64,000 nucleotides of DNA from Candidatus Atabeyarchaeum deiterrae (GCA_037310415.1 CP147780.1:2144001-2208000), one strand, 5' to 3'; positions 26,392 through 36,916 are shown, counted from the stretch's first letter. Made by a program: numbers and translations. The notes: a model not told the origin generated them from the letters alone.

Positions 26392-28047
26392 GTGAATATA
26401 TTGGCTTCAACACGCAACAAGCAAAACGGAAATGGTACGTCCCAGCAAAACGACGGCGGCGTGCCAATTGTGTTGACGGCATCCGAGGTCGAAATGAGTG
26501 ACTTTAACCTGAACCTAGTTGCAGCGTTTGTCGGTAGTTTTCCGCTTGGAATTCTTCCACGGAGTCTGCGAACAAAATTCTTCTACTCATCTCACCCGTT
26601 TAACGAGAAAGGAGAAGCAAAGTTTGCACCTTATGGGTTGAGAAAAGTAGAAACCCAGCTCATCAAGGAATTTGGAGAAGAGAATGTGGTTACGGCGCAT
26701 CCCCGCAACCTAGAGAAGTTTGTAGGTCCCAACACAAAGATTGTGGGCATATCAGCGATGGACTCCCTTGGACATGCGTTTGTTAGCAGAACCTATACTA
26801 GCTTAATGGCTTTCGGCAAGAGATCACTGAACAGGATCGAGTTCGAGAAGCTGCTTAACAACCCTGCTATCAGAAAGCACAAACCGAAGATCATCCTTGG
26901 CGGAGCTGGTGCGTGGCAGGTACCAGATTTGGGAATGCAGAATGCTCTCGGAATAGATCATGTTGTGATAGGTCAGGCAGATAGAACCGTCGCCAGCATC
27001 TTCAGAAATGCGCTCGACGGTCACAGACTTGAGAAAGTAATAGTATCGGATCCTTCCAAGCCAGAAGACGTCCCTGTCATCATGAAGCCCGCTCTTTACG
27101 GCGCCGCTGAGATAACTCGCGGATGTGGAAGGAATTGCGCCTTCTGCTCGCCGACAATGCGTCACCTAATTTCTTTCCCGCTCGAACATATTCTGAAGGA
27201 AGTCAGGTTGAACGCGAAAAACGGGACAAAAGCCATCTTCCTCCAGACGGATGACGTGTTCCTCTATAAGAAGAAAGAGAACTTCCACCCGAACAGGAAG
27301 GAACTAGTCAAGCTGGTCAATGCTGTCGCCAAGATTGAGGGCGTGAAATACGTACAGTTCCCTCACGCATCTTTCGCCCCGGTCGTATGTGACCCGAAGC
27401 TCATAGAAGAAATTGCCCCTACTCTCGTTGAGAAGGCATTATGGCATTGGAACGGCAGTGGTATGTCGTCGTTCGAAATGGGATTCGAAACAGGAAGTAT
27501 CCGGTTAATGAAGAAGTACATGGCCGGCAAGATGCTACCCTTCAAACCGGAACAATGGCACGACGTAGTCACGCAAGCAGTCGGCACTCTCGACGATAAC
27601 GACATCTGCCCATTGCTGACACTAGTGATAGGTCTGCCGGGAGAACAGGAAGAAGATACCATTGCTACGCTCGAGTTGATCCACAAAATCAAGCACAACA
27701 GAGTGTTGTGGGCTCCAATCTTCTTTACATCAGAAGAGGAATCCGTCCTGAGAAAGCAGAGGCACATGTCCCTGAGGAACTTGACTGACCTCCAATGGGA
27801 AGTTCTTTCAACTTGTTGGCGCAGCAATTTCAATACGTGGAAACCGCAGCTGAACCCATTGGTGGCACTTGCAAGCATGCTGTTCTATCCATATTATAGG
27901 TTGAGACATGGCAAGGGCGTCTTTAGACCCCTGATGCACATAGCAGGTTTCCAAGATCGTTACGCCCATGTGACACAAGCATCCAAGTGTACACAGCAAT
28001 ACACGATGATAACCCCCAGCCAATCGAAATCGATCGCAAGCAACTGA
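26392..28047 (+). CDS. B12-binding-like radical SAM protein
   Basis: APYGLRKVE, EITRGCGRNCAFCSP, GFETGS, VIGLPGE. Confidence 0.9.
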   Translation: MNILASTRNKQNGNGTSQQNDGGVPIVLTASEVEMSDFNLNLVAAFVGSFPLGILPRSLRTKFFYSSHPFNEKGEAKFAPYGLRKVETQLIKEFGEENVVTAHPRNLEKFVGPNTKIVGISAMDSLGHAFVSRTYTSLMAFGKRSLNRIEFEKLLNNPAIRKHKPKIILGGAGAWQVPDLGMQNALGIDHVVIGQADRTVASIFRNALDGHRLEKVIVSDPSKPEDVPVIMKPALYGAAEITRGCGRNCAFCSPTMRHLISFPLEHILKEVRLNAKNGTKAIFLQTDDVFLYKKKENFHPNRKELVKLVNAVAKIEGVKYVQFPHASFAPVVCDPKLIEEIAPTLVEKALWHWNGSGMSSFEMGFETGSIRLMKKYMAGKMLPFKPEQWHDVVTQAVGTLDDNDICPLLTLVIGLPGEQEEDTIATLELIHKIKHNRVLWAPIFFTSEEESVLRKQRHMSLRNLTDLQWEVLSTCWRSNFNTWKPQLNPLVALASMLFYPYYRLRHGKGVFRPLMHIAGFQDRYAHVTQASKCTQQYTMITPSQSKSIASN

Positions 28048-28144
28048 AAGAACTGGTCAGACAGATGCGATTTGCATAGCATTCCAGTCAGCGTGACGCG
28101 CTGTCCGCTTTTTTTCTTTTCCGCTTCCCCAGCTTTCTGCATCA

Positions 28145-29461
28145 TCAAACATTGTGCTTTAGGGGGCGCCCGCGTGGAAGCAGAGTCAAACCGATGAATA
28201 GGCTAATTGCCAGCAAACCTCCTGAGAAAGCGAACATTGCACCTTGCCCGTACAACATAACAATGAACCCGGCTGCAATCGCTCCTATCGAGTTTCCAAG
28301 AATTGTAAGAGTGTTGAAGAATCCCGAAGCGTTGCCTTTCACCTCTTTCGGAACGAGATCCAGAATCAATGCGGACAGTGGTGTCTGGGCAATAGCCACT
28401 CCAAGAAGCCCCGCTATTATTACGGGTGGGAGGAGAGAATTGGATATGAATGGAACAGCGATAAACCATGGAACTGCTATGATCAGACCAGCAACTATGG
28501 GTCTCCTTCTTCCTTGGCGGTCAGACCATACGCCCGAGCCGAGAGCACCGACAAAGAATACTATGATTCCTGGAATGAAAAAGATCAGTGCTTGACCCAA
28601 ACTTAGACCAAGCTCTTGTTGCAAGAAAATCGGTGCGAAGGCAAAGAAAGACCCCATTGTGAAACTTGTCGTCATCGCAATAATACAGGTCTCAAAGAAT
28701 CCCTTTGTTCTGTAGAATTTCCGACCACGAAGATCCTTGTCGGGGGTGCTCTCCTTCTCGTGATTCTCGACAGTACCGCTTGGAGACTCGATGGGTTTTA
28801 TCACTCCCGTTCTAGTGGGGCTAAATTGAGTCGCCACGCTAGCTCCAATAGTCACGCATTTGGATGGCAGAGTTTCTCTCAGGAAGGCAACCAATACAAT
28901 TGCTGCCATGAATCCTAATGCTGAAGCGATGTAGAAAGGCAAAATGTAGCCAAACAAGGCGGCCACGACGCCTCCCACGGGTATTCCAACTATAGTTCCG
29001 ATCAAGTAGACTATTGAGAACCAAGCCATGGCAGTGCCTCTTCTTTCACTTGGAAAGATGTCGCCCAAACACGCCTGGATGACAGAGACCACCGCACCGG
29101 TAGCCTGTATTGCGCGGAACAGGATGAATTGATAGATGTTTTGGGCTAAGCCGACCATCAAAGCTCCTGTAGCGTAGATAAAGCCTGAGACTATTAGGAT
29201 GCCGCGCCTTCCAATTCTATCAGAAAGTCTGCCAAGAGGGATTTGAGTCGAAGCTTGGACTATCCCAAAAACGCCTATGGCCAATCCAATAAGTATCGGA
29301 GCATTCGCTAAACCGCCTGCCATTTGAGGTGAGTCAAGATAATATGGCATGCTGAGAGAGTAGAAGTTCATTCCTAGATTCCGGACGAGTTCGCTTAGCA
29401 GTAGGCTGAATGTTGCTACCTTTAGGCGGCGGTCGTTTATGTAGAGCTTCATTGTCATCAT
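28145..29461 (-). CDS. MFS transporter
   Basis: GRLSDRIGRR and SDRQGRRR motif A; 12 TM. Confidence 0.92.
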   Translation of the reverse strand: MMTMKLYINDRRLKVATFSLLLSELVRNLGMNFYSLSMPYYLDSPQMAGGLANAPILIGLAIGVFGIVQASTQIPLGRLSDRIGRRGILIVSGFIYATGALMVGLAQNIYQFILFRAIQATGAVVSVIQACLGDIFPSERRGTAMAWFSIVYLIGTIVGIPVGGVVAALFGYILPFYIASALGFMAAIVLVAFLRETLPSKCVTIGASVATQFSPTRTGVIKPIESPSGTVENHEKESTPDKDLRGRKFYRTKGFFETCIIAMTTSFTMGSFFAFAPIFLQQELGLSLGQALIFFIPGIIVFFVGALGSGVWSDRQGRRRPIVAGLIIAVPWFIAVPFISNSLLPPVIIAGLLGVAIAQTPLSALILDLVPKEVKGNASGFFNTLTILGNSIGAIAAGFIVMLYGQGAMFAFSGGLLAISLFIGLTLLPRGRPLKHNV

Positions 29462-29743
29462 GCCGGTAGCGCTGTGTCTCTGAATCTTATGTCAGCTATG
29501 ATGCATTGTTCAACCTTAAAAGCATTCAGATGTGACCGCGCGGAACAACGCTTCCGAGTTTCCCTCGATCAGACAGTTCCTTAAAATGAATCGGGGGGAC
29601 ATGCTTCAATCAAGCGGAACCAAACGTCGTTGACGGTTTGGCTCTTTCGCGAGAACAAAAAGTTTCTGAATATGCGTGGCCAGCCACTAGAATGGACCAT
29701 TTTTCAAGAGTCCACTTGTTTGTCCTCCTTATCAGTCACGTAT

Positions 29744-30679
29744 TCAGATCTTAAGTAGGGTTTTTGCGTTCTTGAACATGATCTGGTCCTTGTCTCCAGC
29801 AGTGAAGTTCTGATACCCTGACTCTTTCATGAATGGCGGAATGGCAAGGTGTTGCATCTTCGTGACCAGCGTCTTGTTGTCCATCGCTGGTTTAAGTAAA
29901 GGCCAGTCGCTTCCAAACATGACCTTCTTCGGGAACATGTTCATGGCCACCCTCAGGTCCTGAATGAACTTAAGCGGGTTATAGGTCAGCATTGTTTGGG
30001 CCGTGGACGAGATGTCAGTGTAAATAGCGGGACGTCTCTGGCAGAGAGTAAGCAACTCTTCTGTCCAAGGGTTACCAAGATGTGCGGCAATTATCTTCAG
30101 ATCGGGGTACTTTGCTCCCACGTCATCAAGATGTATTGGCTGAGTGAACTTGGCAAGCAATGGTCCAAAGATGAACCCAGTGTGGGTCATAATTGGAACT
30201 CCCAGTTCCATTGCCTTATCGTAGAGCCCCTTCATTACGGACATGTCACTTGGGTAGTATCCCGCAGTTGGGTGAAGTTTCAGTCCCTTCATTCCCCACT
30301 CTTTGACACCTTGCTCTAACAGTTTGACTGCTTTCTCCCCGCGTCTCGGGTCTACTGCGACGAATCCGATTAGTCTGTCAGGGTATTGACTAACAGCATT
30401 AGCAACGTATTTGTTCGCGTCCTCTATTGAAACTTTGAAGTCCTCCAATGCTAGTCCCCAGTCAACGGTGAAGACGACGCTCTTGTCTATCCCCGCTTGA
30501 TCCATGTCCCTGATCAGGATCTCAGGTGTAGCGTTTACCATCTCTTTGACCATGGGGGACTGCATTATGACCTCAGGTGGAATACCCAGAGCGGAACCGA
30601 TGACTTTCGCATAGTGGATCCAAGTTTTCTCAGTCATGGCGCCCTTGGGAAACAGATGAGTGTGCATGTCAATTATCAT
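29744..30679 (-). CDS. Amidohydrolase_2 family metal-dependent hydrolase
   Basis: IDMHTH, GLKLHP, HTG, AHLG, FGSDWP. Confidence 0.92.
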   Translation of the reverse strand: MIIDMHTHLFPKGAMTEKTWIHYAKVIGSALGIPPEVIMQSPMVKEMVNATPEILIRDMDQAGIDKSVVFTVDWGLALEDFKVSIEDANKYVANAVSQYPDRLIGFVAVDPRRGEKAVKLLEQGVKEWGMKGLKLHPTAGYYPSDMSVMKGLYDKAMELGVPIMTHTGFIFGPLLAKFTQPIHLDDVGAKYPDLKIIAAHLGNPWTEELLTLCQRRPAIYTDISSTAQTMLTYNPLKFIQDLRVAMNMFPKKVMFGSDWPLLKPAMDNKTLVTKMQHLAIPPFMKESGYQNFTAGDKDQIMFKNAKTLLKI

Positions 30680-30734
30680 GGCTTTTCACCACATCAGTCA
30701 AGCTTGACTTCTTTCCTTCCTTTCTCCGTAAGAC

Positions 30735-30915
30735 AAAAAAGAAATGGGCAGGTACCTAGACTCCCCGATGTTCCTCCCAGCCAAGGATCTCTCTTTTGCA
30801 GGTCAATCCCCAACAGCATAGTGTGAGGATCTTAGCAACTCATGTCGACTGGAGTACTCATTCAGCGAGACCCTAGGGATTGGCTGGCGCTGGTTTTCCG
30901 CCCTCTGCTGGCTTC
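30735..30915 (-). ncRNA. Candidate structured leader/riboswitch or ncRNA upstream of the amidohydrolase
   Basis: TATA-like ATAAATA 30944-38; stems 30898-903/30746-51, 30880-87/30777-84, 30867-73/30785-91; U-tract 30745-35. Confidence 0.5.
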
Positions 30916-31079
30916 TCCTGCTTCTTCTTCTTCCCTCTATTTATGTAATGATCCATCTTTTTGTTTTTGCCCATATTCATCTCCAAAGAGGATATACACA
31001 ATCGTGCTCTTAACGGTAACGCAGTAGCCTTAAAATCCATCTTATTCACACTGTTCTATTTGCCTGGAGGAGGCGCCCC

Positions 31080-32069
31080 ATGGGACAGGTCAAACTTAAG
31101 GGTATCGATTTACTCCCTACGTACAGATGCACTTCTCGATGCAGGCACTGCACCTATAGATCATCCCCGCAGCTCACGGGAGAAATGGAATCCACCGATG
31201 CCAAAAGATACGTCGAAGACGCCGCTCAAAACGGTATTGAGTGGATCTGGGTTGGTGGAGGTGAGCCGTTCCTGTGTCGCGACCTTCTGCCGGATGTGGC
31301 CCTCGCCGCAAAGGAATTCAACATTCCTGATGTTTACATGGTTACCAATGCCTATTGGGCGAAGACAAATGAAGAGGCTCTTGGCGAGCTACGGTTATTG
31401 AAAGAGGTTGGCATGACCGTGCTCGGCATCAGTATCGATGCCTTCCACCAAGAGAACATTCCCCTCGAACATGTACGGAACCTTCTGGCAGCAGCTAACA
31501 AGGTTGGTCTCAAAAGGATTGAGGTCTCGGGTCAGTTCCTCGGCTCAATTGACTTTGACATTGGATTCAATCGGACAACTGAGAAGAATCTTAAGCTACT
31601 TGAGGAAGAAGGTTACTTCGAAGGTGTAACGGCAAAGAGAGAAGTTCTAAGACTGACAGGTCGAGCAGCAGACATGCTATCCACGTATTTACCTGCAAAA
31701 AGCGAAGAGGAGCTAAAAGATGGAAAGTGTGATCTCACCTGGCTACCTGTCGAAAGCCACAAGAAACTAAATGCGGTTGAAATCGATTGGCAAGGAAACG
31801 TTACAACATGTCCCGGGATATGCATCGGTAACGCTAGAAAGAAAGGTCTCTCAAAGATACTCGAAGATTATGATTACAGGGAGCATCCAATCATAAAGAC
31901 GATAGTAGATGAAGGACCTTATGGACTCCTTCAGCAAGCGAAGAGAAACGGTTACACGACGATGAAGAAGATGTACGTTGATGCCTGTCACATGTGTTAC
32001 AAAGCGCGAAAATCCCTAACGCGGCTGTATCCAGGCCTCTTGAAACCAATGACATGCTACAATGAATGA
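31080..32069 (+). CDS. Radical SAM protein with C-terminal Cys cluster
   Basis: YRCTSRCRHC, GGGEPF, VTNAYWA, DACHMC. Confidence 0.9.
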   Translation: MGQVKLKGIDLLPTYRCTSRCRHCTYRSSPQLTGEMESTDAKRYVEDAAQNGIEWIWVGGGEPFLCRDLLPDVALAAKEFNIPDVYMVTNAYWAKTNEEALGELRLLKEVGMTVLGISIDAFHQENIPLEHVRNLLAAANKVGLKRIEVSGQFLGSIDFDIGFNRTTEKNLKLLEEEGYFEGVTAKREVLRLTGRAADMLSTYLPAKSEEELKDGKCDLTWLPVESHKKLNAVEIDWQGNVTTCPGICIGNARKKGLSKILEDYDYREHPIIKTIVDEGPYGLLQQAKRNGYTTMKKMYVDACHMCYKARKSLTRLYPGLLKPMTCYNE

Positions 32070-32117
32070 GATGGTCAATCTTCGGCCTCTGAAAATACCA
32101 AGGATGATTACACCCCG

Positions 32118-32672
32118 TTGAAGCGATTGCTTTATGAGTCAGAACATTCTGATCTTGTTCAATTGAGGGGGTGTATGTTTTCGATGTCTGAGGATGATGA
32201 ATCTGAGGAGAGAGACCAATTTGAAGCGCCACCACGACCACTTAGACTTTTTGAGAATGATAGAATTCACGGCGACAAGGCGATTTTTGACAAGTCTTGG
32301 CACGGCAGCAGAGGCGGACAGGGAATAGAAGCCTACAGGGATCCTGAGCACGTACTGGCGCGGAAGGATGCTGATGATGTTAAAATCTCAATAGCCAAGG
32401 AGAAAAGATTCCTAGCGTTCAGTGTGGCTATGACAGTCTTGGGCGCTCTCATCGCGACGTGGAGCTTAGTGTTCCAACCCGCGATATATTTCACAATGTA
32501 CGTAGCTGGTTCATTAGAGCCAGCTTCGGTCGTCCCATTTTGGATAATTCTTCTCGGTTTGGGTCTGGCTGCTATTTTTGGTTTGACCAGTATTAGCACA
32601 GCACGCAGTATCAGCGATATGAAAGTCGTGGAAGAAGAGGAGAAGAAATTCACAAGAAGCGCTAGAAATTGA
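32118..32672 (+). CDS. Hypothetical 2-TM membrane protein; start probably ~32184
   Basis: Acidic N-terminus and two TM helices; GAGGGG SD. Confidence 0.65.
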   Translation: MKRLLYESEHSDLVQLRGCMFSMSEDDESEERDQFEAPPRPLRLFENDRIHGDKAIFDKSWHGSRGGQGIEAYRDPEHVLARKDADDVKISIAKEKRFLAFSVAMTVLGALIATWSLVFQPAIYFTMYVAGSLEPASVVPFWIILLGLGLAAIFGLTSISTARSISDMKVVEEEEKKFTRSARN

Positions 32673-32706
32673 GACGCTTGTATATGAGTGTTATTGTAGC
32701 ACCGGC

Positions 32707-34005
32707 GTGAAGAATGATTTTGCAGTCTATTCCAAGCACTTCCTTCCCATTTCCTATTGGGCGCCGGACTTCAGTCAACCTTATTATACTAGAACCTGCC
32801 ATATTCAGATTTCACCTTCTGATTTCTTGAAGCTTTGGTGGTGTGATATTACATTGAACAAGGAAGAAAGAATCATGACCGCATTGAGAAGAGAGGAACC
32901 CGATGTTGTCCCCACGCATGTCCTGGCAATTGATGCGAATAACGTAGATAAAATTCTCGGGAAGCCTCCCCAGACTGACTTTGAAATGGTTGAGGAATTC
33001 AAGAAATCCTACCCCAAGACATACGTTGAAGAGTTGAACAAGATTATTCCTCTCATCGAGACCACAATATTCTCGCGAATGATGAAGGCTGCTGCTAAGA
33101 TCGGGTTCGATGCTTGCCAGATAGGGATAATTCCCCTCAGGTTCAAGAGTGAACATGAGTTCACCGACATTTTCGGTAGAATCTGGGTAGTGCAGAACAA
33201 TGAGGGCAACTTCTTCCCCTTCTACAGAGGCGGGCAGATCACGTCGAAAGAGAAATGGGAAAAGTGGCCGAAACCCGATCCAAAGGACTACGTTAAGACA
33301 GCTAAGGAATTCTACAAGAGTATCTTGAAGGAACTCAAGGGCGAAGAGATTGTACCAGTAGTAACAAACGATTTTGCAGGAGTCTTTGAGTCGACATGGC
33401 AAGGAATGGGACTGATTTTCTTCTCGAAAATGCTGATCCTCGAACCAAAGTTCATAAAGCAGGTTGCCGAGCTATACACGGATTTTGCCATAGCGATCAA
33501 CGATGCCTTCATGGATGTGGGCGCTAAGATTATTGTCGAGTCAGGAGATATCGCATACAAACAACAACCCATGATTAATCCGAAGACCTTCGAGCAGATC
33601 TTTCAGCCTTGTTACAAGAGGATCACGGACGCGGTTCACGCAAGAAAAGGAATTTCAATTCTGCACACTGACGGATTCGTTGAACCGTTTCTCGACATGA
33701 CGATCAATGCTGGTTTTGATGGGCTTCACAGCCTCGAACCCACCGCCGGTGTAGACTTAGAGAGAGTGAAGAAGAAAGTTGGCAACAAGCTTGCCTTGCT
33801 AGGCAACATCGACATAGCTCACGTGCTTTCGAAGGGAACAAAGGAAGACGTCGAAAACGATGTGAAACGGGCAATAAGGCAAGCAGGCAAAGGAGGAGGC
33901 TTCATCATATCGCCCACGAACATGCACCCTGGCGTAAGACCTGAGAACTTAAGGTGGATGGTCGAAGCAACTCAGAAGTACGGAAAATATCCTCTGCACG
34001 TCTAA
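32707..34005 (+). CDS. Uroporphyrinogen decarboxylase / MtaA-CmuA methyltransferase family; start probably TTG ~32854
   Basis: ERIMTALRREEPDVVP, LHTDG, LLGNID, GGGFIISP, ENLRWM. Confidence 0.88.
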   Translation: MKNDFAVYSKHFLPISYWAPDFSQPYYTRTCHIQISPSDFLKLWWCDITLNKEERIMTALRREEPDVVPTHVLAIDANNVDKILGKPPQTDFEMVEEFKKSYPKTYVEELNKIIPLIETTIFSRMMKAAAKIGFDACQIGIIPLRFKSEHEFTDIFGRIWVVQNNEGNFFPFYRGGQITSKEKWEKWPKPDPKDYVKTAKEFYKSILKELKGEEIVPVVTNDFAGVFESTWQGMGLIFFSKMLILEPKFIKQVAELYTDFAIAINDAFMDVGAKIIVESGDIAYKQQPMINPKTFEQIFQPCYKRITDAVHARKGISILHTDGFVEPFLDMTINAGFDGLHSLEPTAGVDLERVKKKVGNKLALLGNIDIAHVLSKGTKEDVENDVKRAIRQAGKGGGFIISPTNMHPGVRPENLRWMVEATQKYGKYPLHV

Positions 34006-34156
34006 GGGAGAAGCCGGACAACCCTAGACCAGTTGTCCTTTAATTTCGAGTATATCCATTTCAGAATGATGTTAGATGCAATTCTCGAAAGATGTATATA
34101 AATGGTCCCAGTATCAGACGAATGGTTCATTCATGATATGAAGGTGTATTCTAACT

Positions 34157-36118
34157 ATGTCTCAAGATAAGCGATTTCCTATCGAGTCTCTGCTCTCGGC
34201 GCGGCGATTGGTTTCGCCTCAACTCTACGGAAACAGAGTGTATTTCGCGAGTGACATGAGCGGGGTCATAAGCCTCTACGCGATGGACAAGGACGGCAGT
34301 CTGCCAGAGCCGCTTCTGCCAGCTGGACTTGCTCTCCAGAATCCTCACTTGCTCGAAGGAACATACCTTTTCCATGTCTTACCACAGTTGAAGAAGATAC
34401 TCGTATTGATTGACAATAACGGTGACGAAAACTACCAGCCCTGCTTCATTCCACTCGACGGTGGAATTCCTGAGCCAATATTCGGAGACAGATATCAGGG
34501 CGAGCAAATGGCGTGCATGGACGTTGATGTCAAGCAGAATATCACGTACTTCCGTCGGGATGACAGAAAGACAGCTGACGTTGAATGCCTTCAGGTAAGA
34601 CTGGATACGGTGACAATCAAATCTCTTGGCAAGAGCATCTATGGAAACACTTTCCTTGCGGCCAATAGGGACCATTCCCAAGTGATCACGGTTGATACGT
34701 ACACCGCTTCTGATGATGTGCTGTTCCATTGGCAGGATGATGGCAATGGGAGACGACTCTTATTTGGGACTCCGATTGACAAGCGCGTTCCTTCACAGCC
34801 CGTCAAGCTTACGGGTTTCAATACAGCGAGTTTCAACGATGGGGACAGAGGTCTTGTAATCAAGACAACCCTCTTTAATGATGCTGGGGGCCTCGCTTAC
34901 CTTCCGCTTGTGGACTCGGGTGAACCGACTGAGATTCCGATCTCAGGTTTGAAGCACACAGGAAAGGGTGAACTTGTCGGCTCACGCCACGTTGGCGGGG
35001 ATGAATTTCTCTTAGAATACAACATTGATGGCTGTTCATGGCTATACCAAGCGCGGCTTCACAAGAAGGGAACACTACGCATGGAAGTAGAAGACGTGAT
35101 CTGTGGGTTACCTCCGGTTTCGGACGGTGTTCTTCAAGGGTATGAATTCGAGTTGAGTGATAGAAAACATGGCCCAAATGCCGAATACGTGTTTTCATTC
35201 ACCAAGGCTACGATGCCTTCTCAACTCTACCTGTTTAACCCAGATTCCTCCCAGAAAAGAGAGAGACAGTTGAGGGTTCTATCAAAGGAGCGGATACTCG
35301 GAATCGATCTGAAACATCTCTCCGAAGGTGAAGATGCAAGTTACACGACTTTCGACGGTCTGCGAATCTCAGCGCGTCTGTACATGCCTTCCAAAGATCT
35401 CGGCTTTGAAGGACCGAGACCATTGGTACTCTACGTGCATGGTGGACCTCAAAGCCAGGAAAGACCAGACTTCACATGGTTCTCAATGCCACTCATCCAG
35501 TACCTAACGCTAAATGGTTTCGCCGTGTTTGTGCCAAACGTACGCGGCAGCACGGGATACGGTTTGAAACACATGAAGATGGTTGACCGCGATTGGGGAG
35601 GCAAAGACAGATTAGACCAAATTGAAGGCTTGAAGATGTTGGAGAAGGACGCACGGATCGACTCCTCAAGAAGAGCCGTAATCGGCAGGTCATATGGAGG
35701 ATACATGTCTCTAACACTCGTCTCTCGACACCCTGACCTGTGGAAGGCCGGATGCGACATGTTCGGTCCTTACGACTTGATAGGCTTCATGAATAGCCTG
35801 CCGGAGACATGGAAGACTGCCTTCTACCTCGTACTTGGGGATCCCGAAAAGGATCGTGATTTTCTATTGGAGCGTTCTCCGAAAACGTATTTCGATGATA
35901 TCTCATGTCCAATGCTAATCATACAGGGAAAGAATGATCCAAGGGTCGTGAAGACTGAAACAGATAAAGTTGTGGAGAACCTTAGAGCAAGAAACCTAGA
36001 AGTAGATTACCTTGCTTTCGAAGATGAGGGACACGATGTGCTGAAGTTCAAAAACCGAGTTGCCTGTTACACGATGATCAAAGACTTCTTCAGCAAACAT
36101 CTGAAACCTCTATCTTAG
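34157..36118 (+). CDS. S9 prolyl oligopeptidase / acylaminoacyl peptidase
   Basis: HGGPQSQ, PNVRGSTGYG, GRSYGG, GKNDPRV, DEGH. Confidence 0.95.
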   Translation: MSQDKRFPIESLLSARRLVSPQLYGNRVYFASDMSGVISLYAMDKDGSLPEPLLPAGLALQNPHLLEGTYLFHVLPQLKKILVLIDNNGDENYQPCFIPLDGGIPEPIFGDRYQGEQMACMDVDVKQNITYFRRDDRKTADVECLQVRLDTVTIKSLGKSIYGNTFLAANRDHSQVITVDTYTASDDVLFHWQDDGNGRRLLFGTPIDKRVPSQPVKLTGFNTASFNDGDRGLVIKTTLFNDAGGLAYLPLVDSGEPTEIPISGLKHTGKGELVGSRHVGGDEFLLEYNIDGCSWLYQARLHKKGTLRMEVEDVICGLPPVSDGVLQGYEFELSDRKHGPNAEYVFSFTKATMPSQLYLFNPDSSQKRERQLRVLSKERILGIDLKHLSEGEDASYTTFDGLRISARLYMPSKDLGFEGPRPLVLYVHGGPQSQERPDFTWFSMPLIQYLTLNGFAVFVPNVRGSTGYGLKHMKMVDRDWGGKDRLDQIEGLKMLEKDARIDSSRRAVIGRSYGGYMSLTLVSRHPDLWKAGCDMFGPYDLIGFMNSLPETWKTAFYLVLGDPEKDRDFLLERSPKTYFDDISCPMLIIQGKNDPRVVKTETDKVVENLRARNLEVDYLAFEDEGHDVLKFKNRVACYTMIKDFFSKHLKPLS

Positions 36119-36127
36119 CTCCTTGGA

Positions 36128-36916
36128 CTAGGAGCCTGTTCGTGAGCGAGAAACATCGAAACGCTTTAACTGCGAGATTCCTGCTTCACTGACACTTTTC
36201 ACTGTCTCTAGCTGCGCCGTCTCAATTCTATTGATCATTCTTGCAGCAACCTCCTCCAGATCGCCTTCTTTGGAGCCGCAGCCGGATTGCTGTCCATTAC
36301 TGTATCCCATATAGTCTTCAAAAATGCTTAGAATTGCTCTTACTACTCGTGAAGCCTCGTTTCTCGCAAATCGCAGATAGATCTCCATGTGGTTGCCGAG
36401 AGTGTTTCTCACATAGAGCGATATCACAAATCGATCGTCGCCTACATAAAAGACATCGAATAGATCCAGACGGAAGAAATACGAGATATCCTTTGCATCC
36501 TCATCACCGGAAAGAGTAAACATTAAGAATGGGACTCTCAAGTTATCGGAGTAGTCTTCGCTTTGAATCACTATTTCGTTGTATCTTCCGTAGTCTCCGG
36601 TGAACTTCTCTTCGAGGTTGAGTTCCTGCCTGAATTCATCTAATGCCTTCATTTGTTCTTCAGTTGAAATGTTTCTTGCCCCATCGAGAACAGTAAGGAA
36701 CTCTTCGTCAGGCTCGCCATCGAAGAAGTGTACTCCTCTGCCTATGAAGAGCCTACTGAGGATTTTCTGTAGCATGAGCTCACCTAGGGCGAATGCATTA
36801 GTCTCAGCGTCATAACACAAGTCTATTATCTCGAACACTTGTGGACACCTACCTCTTGTTCGTTCATTCATCAGTCTCAATTGGGTAGTTGCTCTGCAAC
36901 CTGAGTCCTTCGGCAT
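36128..36916 (-). CDS. Hypothetical protein; start probably ~36776
   Basis: Long ORF with protein-like composition; no recognisable motif. Confidence 0.6.
   Translation of the reverse strand: MPKDSGCRATTQLRLMNERTRGRCPQVFEIIDLCYDAETNAFALGELMLQKILSRLFIGRGVHFFDGEPDEEFLTVLDGARNISTEEQMKALDEFRQELNLEEKFTGDYGRYNEIVIQSEDYSDNLRVPFLMFTLSGDEDAKDISYFFRLDLFDVFYVGDDRFVISLYVRNTLGNHMEIYLRFARNEASRVVRAILSIFEDYMGYSNGQQSGCGSKEGDLEEVAARMINRIETAQLETVKSVSEAGISQLKRFDVSRSRTGS

Noticed and set aside
30746-30880. TPP, cobalamin, ykkC or hammerhead assignment for the 30.8-kb element
   Set aside because: Only isolated short matches; the core consensus motifs are incomplete
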